Below, piece after piece: positions 1-13,379 of a stretch of 64,000 bases of DNA (position 1 is the stretch's first letter; the number at the start of each line of letters is the position of its first letter). The notes below the pieces were generated by a model, which was given only the letters and a program-made list of their open reading frames with translations, did no database searches and was not told the DNA's origin. Source of the DNA: Yuukianura sp. NJ FZ-2021 (Eukaryota); contig CM102283.1 in the NCBI GenBank assembly GCA_046563655.1, positions 7,812,001 through 7,876,000 of the forward strand. The letters run 5' to 3'. The translations under genes and the position numbers were made by a program.

Positions 1-3000
1 CTACCGGCAGAAATTTATGAGGGATGTAGTTAGTGACAGACCGCGCGAGAGACGCGAGCTGTGCGACTTTTTGAAAACAATGTGAAAGTGGCAGGTGAAA
101 CGCGGGAGATGACTTCCGACGTCGTTTTTTGAATTTCTGAAACTTTTTTGAGACATGGGGAGGAGATAAACGCTAAATTATGCAAGCTCACCTAACACCT
201 TGTTTTGCAAAAGGCTTTCACTTTCTTTCGTTTTTCAAATTTTAAACAAGGTGTGGAGAAAGTGCTTTTCAAAAAGACGCCGATCCTAATTTAATTTGAC
301 TTTGATCCTATCCAATTTTCAAAATTGTGATCTCCGTTTTTGAATTTACCGCATACGCTTTACATAAAAAAAATTGTTATCAAGGGAAACCATGAGGAAA
401 ATGACTTTTGGAGGGAAAAGAGAACAGGAGGCGGGAATTATGAAAACGACTAGTTTTTCCTTGAGTTCAAAATGGCGGGAAAGTTTTTGAAAATGGAGCT
501 CCTGCTGAAGTTTAGATTCTTCCGAAAGCCCGAGATTAAAATTTTACGTTAGAGACTTCAGGTCGTTTTCATTAATAAGTTGTAAGGGATTCCTGTGGGT
601 TTTTGGATATTTCCATAACCATAGTTTTGAAACAGACTCCAATTTTGACACGAAAGAGATTCCGCGGGAAAAGTTTCGATATTCAAATTGAAGCGATAAT
701 CCCGCTCTCTAGGAAGTTTCTAGAAAGGAATCAGTACATTGTTATCTAGTCAATCATTTTTGTTCATTTTGTGTTTGGATGAATTCAAATTCAGCGCTTT
801 TTTGGGCTGGGCGTTCCTGGGCACTCATGAACGGAAAATCGTGACCAGACATACTCAAAAACGGACAACCTAACTAAATAATCGTTATGATTTTCGTTTC
901 GCCCGTCCATTAGCGTCTATCTTCCGTCCATCAGTGTATCGGTCCTTTTATAATCCGTCCATTAGTGTCCGGTTACGGTGAATTGTAATGGAAATTGAGT
1001 GAAATTGAATCTGAATGAACCTGGATTCCATAAGTTTTGTGCCAAGTTGGTAGTCTATGGGAGCTCTTTTTGGCGGGAAAAGATTAAGCTTTTGCCAATT
1101 CCTCGACTGGTGCCCAATATCTCTCTTGTCCTTTTCTAATAAATAAATCTAGGATTTAGAACTGCGCTGCCGTTGCTGAAATGAGCTAAGGATTCTACTT
1201 GGTTTAACTCCTGCTGTTGTTCTGTTCAAACAGAACAACCAAAACAACAAAGTCTAGAAATAGCGAAGTTCATAGACTTTGTTGAAACGGCGGTGGGAAA
1301 AGGCAAAATGAGTGAAAGTTTGTGTGTTTGTCTGCTGTAGTCCTCACTTTCTCTTTTGACTTGGTCCAATATTTCCCCACTTTCTTATGCTTGAGCAGCA
1401 CAAGTTGTGCTGCAGCTATTTTGGAACTTGTGAGACAAGGGGAGGGGGGAATGTCACTGGTTCTGGAACAAGGTTGACAGGAACAGGCATCAACGTCAAC
1501 ATTAAAGAAGTTGACAAACATATTTCAAAATGGGACGTCATTTTTTGAAAATATTGGTTTTGAAGAACAAAACATAAAACGACGATTTTCTCTAGAGAAA
1601 TAGACATAAATTTAGATACAATTTTGTCGGAAAACCATAAGTAAATGTAAACAGAAATTTGAAATTATAACTGCGTTGTGTAACAATTTTTCGTCAACGT
1701 AAAATTGAATTGCAGTAATCAAATCAAAAAACTGTTTTAGTACTTTGTTGTTCTAAAAATGAGCAAGGTCATATGATATTTTTGGTTTTGAAGTTTTGTG
1801 GTAGTTTCATTCAAGGTGTTTTAAAAAACTGACATTTGTGACACCACCACCGCCATAATAATTTGGAACTCAAAAAAATTGTGAAGGACGCTCATGTCAC
1901 TTTCTGAACATGTCTGATATTTTTGCAAGAGAAAGTTCCTCATTTCATATGCTTTGCGCAATGGTTTGCAAAATTTATTCTGCGTCGTGAACCACTTTTT
2001 GTTCATTTTATAACGACATTTCAATGGTTTAGTAAACAGTGGTTACTAAACACACTTTGACATATGCAGAGTTTTTTGGCGGGAAAACATGAATTTGAAG
2101 TGTTTATATTTCAAAGTTGGGTGGAGACATAACTTTTTATAGTGTTAGTCCATCATTAAGTTTTTATTGATTAATCGACATTTCCTAAAATGTTTAGTTC
2201 GATGGGGTCAGTTTACTCTTAATTCAGTGGATTAGGTTACCCCTGGGAAAAATTAAGTTAAGAGTTTCTGCTATTTCAGTTTTAGTGCCTCCTAATAAAG
2301 AAAACTAATATCGAAAAATACTTTCTCCCGTTGATTTTTGATATTGGTTTTTCCCTCGCTCTACCCATTTTTCTTGGAACCAATCTCATCTTTCCGGCAG
2401 ACGGAGAGATATTTGTGTCCAATATATCACGGAAAGTGGACAAACAACTTCCATTTTTGATGTTTTTTCTGTCGAGAGATTCCAACATAATGACAAATGG
2501 TAGGAGAAATTTCAGTTTTTCAAAAACAAGCTTTCACTGAACCTGCAAAATTTCATTTACCCTACACAAATTCAAAAGAAAATATACATGAAAAATCATT
2601 TTTTAACTTTTGACAAAATTCGTTTTTAGGACACATTTTTGGATTAAATTTCAAATTTTCGAAAACGTTTTTTTTACTTCATCGGGTGTCTTTAGACTAA
2701 AAATAAGCTTTAAACGGCTTAGACAAAAAAAAATTTTTTTTCGTTAGAATTCTGTCGGCCGAATTCAACAGTGACACGCGAAACATGAAAAGTGCAACGA
2801 CTCTTAACTTGGCCTTGGACTTAGCAATTTTGAATTAGGAAAAACTTGAACTTTAGCGTTGAACAGGAAATGACGATGAGGATGACCTTTGAATTTGCCT
2901 GTGTTTCTGTTGAAACTTAACGGAACAAAGTAGGAGAAAGTTTGTCTGAAAGACAAAGTCTAAGAGTTCTATTTCCTAATGGGTCGAACGAACGTCAAAT

Positions 3001-5292
3001 GTGGTGTGGCGTGTCTCTTGAGCAAAGAAAGATGAAACGATGCTCTGTTTTTATGATAAGGACACCAGGTGAAGCACTCTACAGAGCCAGAACTATTTTC
3101 AACGTCTTCAATTACATTCTTCACGCTTTCACTTTCAAGTAGCAGTACAGTGTGTCCCACTTTCACTACTACAAACAGTTCTACTAAAATTCTCTCAAAA
3201 ACCATATCCAAGGTCGAGTTCGGTACGGAATTAAGGAAAAGTCGCTCCAAAGTGAAAGTTTTGAAATTGAAAACCCAGAATTTTTCCCAAGGTGAAAATT
3301 TTTTAGTCCCAAACTTTTCTTAACAGTTTTTTCTCAGATTCATAGCAGTCATACGGAGTGTTTTTTTTTCTCTTGGAACATTTTAGGATGATTTTTTCCT
3401 CTAAAACAGAAAGTTTTTCTTCTCTAAAACACTAAGGTGTTTTTTTCTGGTTGTTTTTTTTAGTCCTTTTTTTTCTAGTGTTTCTTGATGTTTGTTTTTA
3501 GTTTCAATCCAGTTTTTTTCTCGGTGTTTTCGTGTTTTCTTTTCTGTAAGTGAAAGTAATGGCCACTACGTGCGGATGATGCTGTACGTTGAGAATCAGG
3601 AGCACGCAAAGAGAAAGCACAATTACGAGCACAACTGGAGAAAAGCTTGATTAATGTGCGGTTCTGCATTAAGTGGAAGAAGGCAGACGTGGTTTAGTTA
3701 GTAGTGTGAATAAGCCGAACACGGAATCACCAGCTCTTTGGTTTTCTCTAAATTCCTAAAACTTAAGTTCTTCAACCACCATTCCCAGTCAAGTACCTCA
3801 AAACTAATTACAGTAAAGTAATAGTCGGGACTTGAGTCATGTCAAAGGTCACTGGCCATTTCACACTTTAATACCAGACCACGTCATCCACCGTCCTATT
3901 TCAGTTTTCTTCAGAAGTTCCCTCCCTCATGCGTGATAAATATTCGGTTTGTTCCAGCTCACTCAGTGACTGTAAGTTCCTCCATTAATAATTCGACTGA
4001 CTTTGTTTGGCGCCATCTTGAAAGTGGTTCCTAGCAAGAACTTCTTTTCGGTTTCAGTTTTCAAAAAACAAGTCAAAAAGTTTCGAATTTTGACTCCTCT
4101 GACGTATCTAACCATAAAGTGCCTCAACATCACTTTCACTTTGTTACATCAAAGTATCAAGTTTCGAACATCCAGCATACCCTCTGTGTGTCCAATTTTT
4201 TGGAAAGTTTGGCTTTTTCGGAAAAGTAAGTTTTTAGCATGATTTCGTTGACCTCAGTTATTGTTTGTTACTTGAGTGACAAACTTTATTTTTATTAGCA
4301 AATGAGCTTATTGGATTCCAATAATTTCAGTGAAAGTTTTTGAAAGTTTCAAATTTTGAAACCTTGTCGCGTCTTTTGGTGTTTGTGCCTGGAATTTTAG
4401 AAAATGCCGCCAAGGAAAGTGACCTTAGCCTTGGCCCCAATGTTATGTGAACTTTCCAGTCATTTGTGCCCATTTCACTCCCTTGACATGCCAAGTTGCC
4501 ATTAGAGTCAAACCAAAAGGCTGTGACGAAAGGCAATAAATCAATTTAGTGAAACCAATATTTTCATGTTATAGTCAAGGTTAGGTTAGTTATGTTAGCC
4601 TAACTTAACCTAGCATAGACCTCTGCCCTTAAGGCAAATCTATCTAGGTCTTACCTTGATACCAAAGAGACACTCGACACCATCGATCACTTCCTAATTC
4701 CTACAATTCTGTACCAGTACCACACACCTCAAACAACTAAAAATTGTTACCAAAACATAGCCTAACCTATCAATTCAAAATTTTGAAAAATCGAGGTCAT
4801 GTTGCCCTTGTCAAACTAAAAAAAGAACTGGCAAAGGAAACATACAAACGAAAAAAGTAAAGAAAATTGAAGATAAGTGAGAAAACATTTTGGGGAAAAA
4901 ATCTAGGAAAAAAATCGCGAAAAAAAAAGCTTCCAAAAAGAGAAAGTTAGAAAATGGAACATAGGAGAAAGGTTAAAAAAAAGGAATTTAGGACAAAAAA
5001 ATATATATTTTTTTCCAGTTCGAAAAACGGTTTCAAGTTCAAATGCTTTTTTAGATTAGATTCTAATCAAACAAGAAAAAGTTTTTGCAAGGGCTTTTCT
5101 CTTTCTCTTGAGTGAGTGTTTGCGTTCTCATTTGAGTGAAAGTACTTTTGGTCACATTTCGGCTCTTTCTGTGCCTCCATATTTAATGACCTTTGACATC
5201 ATTGTTTCAAATGAGCTTTCTACTTTGTCTGGATCGGTTTTCGTTTTTAAACTACTTTTCCTATTTTCTGAATCTATTTTTTCGTTTTCTAG

Positions 5293-8200
5293 ATCGATTG
5301 GCATCCAAGTGGCTCTGTGTAACTGTTCATTTGGAAGAATAGAAAACTCAACAGTTGCTTTGCTCGAAGCGCCGGAAGATTCCATGACCTCTTCACTTCG
5401 GCGTGACCCCGAAAGTGCACCACTTTGTGACTCAGAAAGAATGTCCACGTCGTCAGGCGATCCTGGAGTGTCTTCAGAAGATGTAGTAGATCGCTGTACC
5501 CGAGCAGAGTCATTGGAACTAGAAGAGACTCGACGGAGTCTACTTAGAGATGATGAGGATGGGAAACGGAAGAGCCAGTCCTCATCTCGTCCAGGAAGTA
5601 CATCGAGTCCAACGTATCCCTCTGGCCTGAGCCATGAAATGAAACGACAGAGTTCAGCTACTCGGACGAGCTCAAATGATTCCATGTCGAATGTCAAAAG
5701 AGATTCAGCCTCCTCTCACCACTCATATCACTTTCGCAGAAAACTGGCAAACTTCAGATCCGATTCGGTCTTTTCTGATGTGATGCCGACAAGTTCGTCA
5801 TCTTGTCAACAGGATCCACGCAAAGGATCTGGTAAATAAGTTTTTTTCTTTCAAACATTTTGTTAAACATTTTCATAATGTATAGCCTGCAGCGATTTGT
5901 TTTAGGCACTTCCGGAGAGCGATTACTTGCAAATGTTACGTTTTGGCGGAAGTCCAACAGTTTTTTGGAAATGTGCAAATTTTGATGATGAACGAGCTGT
6001 ACATTTTTGACATTTACGACTCGCTTTCCTGCATTTGAAATTGCACAGGCAGAATTTACGCTCCGCCGTTTTTCAATTTTTTATTGTTTCATATTTTCTT
6101 TAACATAGTAGTTTAGAAATTCAAATTAGAAATTCTGAATTATGTTGATTCTATTTTTCAAACTGTTTCGAATTTCAAAATTCTGTTTTCTTACAATTTC
6201 CGTCACTTTTTTTTAACTTTGGAGTTTGGAGGCAAAACTTTTAGCTAATGCGACAGGTTTAAGCTAAAAATTGTTCTAAAGTGTGAGATTTTTTTTTGAA
6301 ATGGAGATTTTCTGAATTGAAAAATATTCGAAAATTTGAAAGTCACGTCGGTTGGGCGTTTTTAAGGCGACGGGGTTTGGACATCAAAGTTGAAATGAAA
6401 CTCCTTTTCCATTTCCAGTTTAAATTCAGAAGAGAAAGCGACGGAGAAGTGAGCCGTAAATTGGAAGGGAAGAACGTGACAAGATTTTCCAAAAACTTCC
6501 AAAAGTTCTTCTCCTACTGTAAATTCCCTAGTTTGGTCAATCATTTTTGGACACAAAACTAAGCCGAAACCTAACATTACTTCTAGGCTGACGTTAGGTT
6601 AACCTAGACCATGGTTCAGGAGAGGATGAGGTTAGGTGAAAATATTTCCGCTAAAAAGATCTCTAGAGCACATAAACTATTTGTTAATGGCCAATTTGAA
6701 GTAGCCGCAACTTTCTGCTCAAAACCTACCGTTTGGGTTTCATTTCCTGCTGTGTCAAATGAAAAATGATCCAATTCAGACGGTGAAAGTAACTCTAAAG
6801 GGCTAAACGTAGGTTAGGGGACTCCAGACTGTCCGAAGAGCGATAGAAGGTGAAAGTGATTTAGAAAAGTCTGAAAAACGAGGGATGAAAAATTATGAGA
6901 CCATTAAGGTCTAAATGAAGTGGAAGATCTTAAATGATCCTTAAACATTCATTAAAAGCTGGAAATTGGGAGAAATGGACTAAGATTTTTTTAAAGTTTA
7001 GAAAAGGACGAAAAAATTTTTAACAAGGAAAACTTTTTTTTAGTGAAAAGTTTCCATTTTCTTTTACTTTCTCTGTCTGGTTCTACTAAAAAGATTTTTT
7101 TTGTCAGATTTTCCTAAACTTTTTGGTTCTCGCCTGATTACTTTTCACTTGGTTGATTTTCGTATAAAGAAAAGATTTTTTTTTCAAAAAAGCTAGACAG
7201 GCCACACCACGACGCTACTGCAGACTTTTTTTTTCTTTTTGCAACGTCCAGTTTTCTTTTCTATTGTTAAACGAATCACAATAGTAAAAAAAAACGAGAA
7301 AAAAATACACAAAAGGAAAGATTTTTCTTAAACTTTTTTTTTTCGTTTTGAGTCTAGAATTTTTGTCTGACTTTCTGAAAGCATTCCTCGGTATTATTAG
7401 GTTCTAAGTTCCAGTTCTTCCTCTTATCCAACTTCCTATCGGATGTTACAAAAAATTGTGTACAGTGACTTTCAAAAACTCACTTTTCAAAAAACGAAGA
7501 GAAAACAAAATAAAACCGGATACAAGTTGTGAAATGTTCCAAATTTATTAAAATTTGTTTCAATTTCGCTCAGGAAATGAAACATGGTATGAAATTTGGA
7601 TTTCTATTTGTGCAAAAATTGTTTGTCGCAAACAAAATGGCATTTTAGGTTTAAGCTTTTTGAAAGAACCGCTCTGTACTTTTGGAATATCCCTAAGGGA
7701 AACGGGGCGGGTGTATTACATGGAACGCAGACTAAGGATAAAACCGATTTCTGTTGGATCGTTGGAGTTGGAGTTATGGTGGAATGAACTAATTCAATTT
7801 TATTGCCAAAGGGATATGAGACTGATCTCATCTCGAATTGACCTTAGCATCTGGAGATTGCTTTCTCCATGACAACTTTCACCCTGAATTCAAAAAAATA
7901 CATTTCCCGCTTTCAATTTAGGCAGTTTGCATATTTAAATTTGACAAGCAAAATTTGATGGCCGAAACTTTTCTCCTCACTAACTTATTTTATGAACATT
8001 CCATCTGGATCTGCTTTTCAGCAGAGAAGAAACGGCTTAAATCCAATGCACATGAACAAATCAAACGGATTTTTCTACCCGCCGCCTTTTATTCTCTGTT
8101 TACTCAACATGCGAAAGGAATTCTTTTCAAATTTGGCTTAAATCCGGGTTTTTTCGACTCTACAAAACTTTACTTTTCGTTTTTTGAACTTGGAAAAAGA

Positions 8201-9430
8201 GGAAGATCAAAAGGATGATAGTATTGCTTCACTGAATTACATTTTTCTACATTTTCTTTTTTACAAAAAAATTCCGACTTTCTAAAAAACTCAGAGAAAG
8301 TCGAAATCTTGGGATTTTTCCTATTCTTATCAATTTTTACAGTTTTTGTTGAGCCGCACTTTCTCTGAAATTCTGTTAATAAAAAGTTGGAAAAGTTCAC
8401 ATAAAATTTAATCGAAGAAAAGCAGACAAACCAAAAATCTGCCGCCACAAAGTCTGTTTTAGTTGAAAAAGAACGAGAATTGGACAACCATGCACAGCAT
8501 AATTTTTAATACTCGAGCACACAACTTTTTTTCTTCTTTTTCCTCCCGTCTAACATTTGGTATTGTTTTGGGAAAATAAAACAATAAAAAGTAAATCTTG
8601 GAAGAAAAAGTAAATTTTGGAGGAAAAAAGTAAATTTTGGGAGAGAAATGCAGTTGGAGGAGAAAGTTGTTTTCCCTACTGCTGCTTGTGACCGAAAGAG
8701 AAAACGACGGAGGAAGTGATTTATTGAGAACATAAATTTTGTTCTCCAGTCCCGCTGTAACTGATTCGCCTTTTCGTGTGACCTTAAGAAAAAGTCCATA
8801 CTGGAAACAAAAATTTCCATTTTTGCAGGAATTCATAAAATTTTGATTTTTTTTTCATCAACCCTTACAGGGCCTTCTGGTCATGCAATTTTTAATTTAA
8901 TCTCAAGTTCATGATTCAGAGAAAATTTGGTTCCATTTTGTGCAAAAAGTGAAAGTTCGTGAAGTTGCAAATCTCTGTATTCAAATTTCCTAAAATTTCA
9001 TTTTTTTTACTTTTTAGATCCTCTGGAGAAGAGTGGCGGCGGAAGTGGTTCCCTTTCATCTCTGAAGCAGAAAGAATCCAAGTGGATTTCCCTACGAAAG
9101 AAACTTAAAATCAACTCCAGCACTACTGGCAGCATTTCTAAGAAGCAGCAACAGTCTGCAGAAAAGTCAGATGAAACTGTACCCCCACTCAAACCAGTGT
9201 CGGCCAAGCGCAGTCTCTTCCAGCGTGCAAAGACATTGGCCATTCTGCCTGTGGCCAAGGTCAAGGGAGACTCCACGGAGGATCCACCAAGGGCAGAGAG
9301 ACATCGACATCGCAAGAACCAGCATGCAATCCAGCAGCCCAAGGAACTCTTCAACGTCGGTGGAGAAATGAACATGATTCCACTCGAGTTCCTCATTGAC
9401 ATTAATGATTTGAACCTTGACGCAAAGTAG
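5293..9430 (+). CDS. Uncharacterised Ser/Arg-rich, probably disordered protein; exons 5293-5831 and 9018-9430, 5' end uncertain (possible ATG at 5383)
   Basis: Acceptor ttttctag before 5293. Phase-1 donor G|gtaaat at 5831 joins acceptor tttttag|AT at 9018 in frame (..RKGS-D-PLEKSGGGS..) and runs into ORF 9197-9430, ending LNLDAK*. No domain recognised. Confidence 0.65.
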
Positions 9431-9432
9431 AC

Positions 9433-9471
9433 AGGTCAAAGGTCATGTCATGACTAAAGGTCATGACCTTG
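9433..9471. promoter_or_regulatory. Cluster of four perfect AGGTCA nuclear-receptor half-sites (DR1, IR0 palindrome and an FTZ-F1-type CAAGGTCA)
   Basis: AGGTCA-a-AGGTCA at 9433-9445; AGGTCATGACCT at 9458-9469; TGACCTTG at 9464-9471 reads CAAGGTCA on the minus strand. Confidence 0.5.
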
Positions 9472-10442
9472 TCATTCAGAAAGAGCTTCTGACATAGGAG
9501 GCTTCCTCTGTCTTTCCAAAAATGACGACAATGGTTACACTTACACTCATAAAATTCCAGAATCGACACGACGACGATTACTCTGTACTTCAAATGGTTA
9601 CCTTCACTAAATATTACTAAACAACGCTTTTCTAAAAACATTTCTGATTCATAAAATGTGTAAACGGAAACTCATTTCTACAAAATGGCAGCAGAAATCC
9701 AAATTCTGAGCTTTAGTGGCAAAACTTAGCAACTTTAGTGGCGCTAAAAGTTCATTGGGTTTGATGTTGTGATTTCAAGGTCAACGGTTTAGTTTGAGTT
9801 AATTGTCTATCTGTCATACGTTGAAATGCTGTCAATTTAGGTTAGCTGGGATAGTAATCTGTTTCTGCCTTCTCGTAAGTAAAGCATAACTAAAAAGTTT
9901 TAGTTTTAAAATTTTTAGATCCTTGTATCCTGTTGGAAACGGTGCTAAAACGAAAATCAAAAGTGATTTGTGGAATTTGAAATTTTGATTGTCAGGTTAC
10001 AATTTAGATGTAAACTTCAAATGTTGTGGTAGGCTATGCTCACCGAATCTCAAGCAAAGACAAGGAAGCCATTTACTGAGCCTATAACATTACTTTAGAT
10101 ACAATTTATTTTTTAAAATGTGCTTGAATATTGTAACTTTAGTGTAAAGTTGTTTTCGTTCTATCGGTCTTTACGTAGATAAATTAGACGTATTAGACAT
10201 TACTTACTTGCTTTTCAAAATTATTGCTAAAAATATATGGTAGTTTTCGGGTGTACTACGCAGGTCGGTCTACTTTGTACCTACGAAAACTGAAAATGTT
10301 AAGCTCATTGGGTAACATTACGAACTAAAAATTAAAATGAATGTATTAAAATGACTCAACTGAATGTCGGCAAATGTTATCAGTTTTTTGAAAAAGAGCT
10401 CTGCAAAAGTGTACAGTATACATGATAGTTGGCGCATCGTAG

Positions 10443-12386
10443 TTATTTCTTAGCTGTTAAGATTAGATTGAAATGCTGGTACAGTTCAGCAGCTTGATGC
10501 TGTTCGGCAGTTAGAAAGGTAAGTTGCGTAGTAGTGGTAAGGTAGTGACTGCCTACTACTCCACTGGTCGATGGCTGTAACAATGACAACACTATTCTGT
10601 TTTTTGTTGCATCATACTTAACTCCATTTATAAGACTCAGTGGATAGCTCTTGATTTTGTGCTGAAACTCCAGGTCCATCCGGTCACCGCTCCAGATCAC
10701 TACAATTTTGAAAATCATGATGCCGATACAAGAGTTGACATTTAACATTACTAAACTTTTGGACTATGACGTACCACACATTGCATTTTTCAGCTTGTTA
10801 AACCTCCCAACAGAAACCATGACTGGAACCATGCAACTGAATATTCGTTCCAAGCGACTGGCAGCTAAATCAACAGCAGCATTCCGGCCACGTCTGAAAT
10901 TAATCAAACAAATACATTCGTTAAAAACGAGAAACGAACTGTCAATTGTCGTTTTTCTGGAAGAAATTCTTACAGATCTGCAAAGGCGTTACTTGCTGCA
11001 GCAACATCTTGAGCACTCTTGGAACCATTTCTCACTAGGCAAAAGTCTCTGCACTTTCCGGCTAAACTTAGCGGCTGCAATGGATCTGTAAACTTGACTT
11101 TAGGCTCTCCCAGTTTCTCCAAATGGTATCCAGTAGCTCCCATTGCCTCCGGTGATAGGCCCTTCTGACTCCAGCCAGATTCTTTTAACAAAAGCTGGAT
11201 CAATTGCCCCATTGGAATATCTGGATTGTCGATTTTGAGACGACAGGTTGAGCGATTTGGAAGCAAAAAGGAAATGGTAATTCGCCGAAGACTTTCGGCT
11301 CTCTGGGCATTTTCACACTTGACAAGGGCCAAATGACTAAACGAAAATTTGAGGACAGTCTCATTGTGATCCACTATGTAAAAAGAAATGAAATTAAAAC
11401 ATCCTGAACTCTGCGATTGAGTTATTTTTAGCCTTACATGGTGGAAAATCGGCGTCCCATTCTCCATCTTCATCTGCAATCTGTAAACTAATGGCAAATA
11501 TGTTTTGAAGAAATCTCTGAAACGTACAGCGTATGATTTGAATTTAACTCACTTATAGTGATTAGGAGGAAAAAGCTCAACGCCTGGATAATTCTGGGAA
11601 GTCATCCAGAGTATAAGTCCAATAAAATCAATTATCTTTGCAGTAACTGTTACGGCGACGGTAAGAGGATAGGCCCTCTGAGCTGGATCAAGAAATGTTA
11701 AGAAAATGGCCATCGTTTTACTAGGAATTGATGCAGGTTGACAGCTGGCTTCAAAACGGGCGTACTGTCTGAAGGGTAAATTGTCTGAACTGGCCACAGA
11801 TCTGAATAGTCAAAACACAATTCAGTTTAACTTGTCATACTTCGTTATTATTAAGGCTTACTCCAGAAGACTTTTAGTTGAAAAAATATTCTTAGAATTT
11901 AGCTCTTCTCTCCTTTTCTGAAAATCAGTATCCCTCTCGAAACAAAGATCGGTCTGAATTTGGTCATCGGGATTATAACGTACTACATGCGTTTCAATTT
12001 TGGCTCGATGCTGTTTATCCAGCTTTTCCAGTCTCATTGCGGTGTTAGACCTATGACGATGTCCTAGTTCAGCTCCCTCTGGAAACAAAAGAAAGTTCAA
12101 GTTAGTTTACTATTGTCGTTTACAACGAATTCCAAAACATATTACACTGACCTCTTATATCAAAGGACTCGTCGCTTTCTGCAGAATCTGAATCAGGTTC
12201 ATAGCCCTCCAAATACGGTTTTTGTTTAAGCACCTTTTCACAAATTCCTGGAAACGTTAAACGAGGCTTCATCACACTAGTCCAGGGTAAGCATTTATAC
12301 CTTAACCAATTACCTGTATCATCCTCAATGGAAAATGCAGTACGGATAAGCCTACATAACCACTTCTTGTCGTCATAAAGAACCAT
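10443..12386 (-). CDS. Sin1: SIN1/MAPKAP1, TORC2 subunit; exons 12386-12314, 12247-12152, 12078-11862, 11801-11553, 11487-11438, 11373-10974, 10893-10775, 10699-10443
   Basis: N-terminus MVLYDDKKWL..IEDDTGICEKVL, the RHRSNTAMRLEKL motif, CRIM region [34 protein letters not shown] and a C-terminal PH-like segment. All introns are GT-AG and phase-consistent. Confidence 0.88.
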
Positions 12387-13379
12387 TTTGTTTGGTTAGA
12401 AGAGCAAATTTGGTAAGTTGCGAAACGCTAGATTCTGGTCTTCTGAAATAAATTACATAATAAATAGTTAATTGCCAGACGCCTCTTCTATTATCAGCTT
12501 ACCTTATTGCGCCAAAGATGAATTAAATTAACTAATTCGTCTTAAAATTAACCTTCCTTTAATTGAATTTTGCGAGTTTTTTTCCTAGAAATATTTAAAT
12601 TTTCAAAATCAAAATAAACAAGGTTTGACTGTGGGGTAAGTTTGCGTTCTACTTGTCACCCAACTGGTATCTTCGTTAAGACATGGACATATTTCAAGTA
12701 AGTCGCATAGTGTAGCTAACGAATTAACTGTGGCGGACTAAATTAAAACTATATTATTAAGTATAACTCCAAAATTATGATTAGTTATTATTTTTAATTA
12801 ATTGTATTGTTTTACTAATTAATATAACATGGTTTTTGTAACGTTTCCCATATGTGGGAAGCAAAGCGGAGTGTGGTTGGTGGCTTTTTGATTGTCCAAT
12901 AATTTGAATTTGGAATGCCAAACAAAATGGAGTGGCAATTGGAGTTGACAAATCAATTGTTAGTTGTAATTAATTAATCTTTTCTAACAATTAGTGCTGT
13001 TTAAACTAATTTCATCTCGTACAACCTTAGTTTAGAAAATATTTACGTAATGTTAATAGTGTTTTCAACGAAGCATTTAATGAGAATTCAACGTCTTTCG
13101 GCAATTATTTTCGTTTTGGCAATTTCACCATTCGACATTTTGCCTTTTGTAGTGGCAAAAGCAATAGCAATGGAGTAATGCCAATGTGCATGACAGGACG
13201 ATTTGAAGACGACGACATGCTTGGCTTCCCTCTCCCTCCATTGTTTTGGCGGGACTGGACAACAATAGGAATCTTCTCGCGCTCTCCCGACTCTCGAGGT
13301 CAAGGTGTCATCCATCTCTTGCAATTAACAGTGACTCTTTAAGGCTTTAATTAATCAATCAAACAAGGAGGACGTCATC

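Noticed and set aside
1216-1239. Hairpin gttgttctgt-tcaa-acagaacaac
   Set aside because: A 10-bp stem is too short for a pre-miRNA, and intrinsic terminators are irrelevant in this eukaryotic context.
4578-4613. ggttaggttag..ctaacttaacct, resembling TTAGG telomeric repeat or a hairpin
   Set aside because: Only one or two degenerate units; a common low-complexity arthropod motif.
5152-5697. 181-aa minus-strand ORF
   Set aside because: Antisense shadow of the Ser-rich + strand exon, which has phase-consistent splice sites.
8587-8642. Three loose copies of aaaagtaaatyttgg
   Set aside because: Degenerate AT-rich intronic minisatellite with no sign of function.
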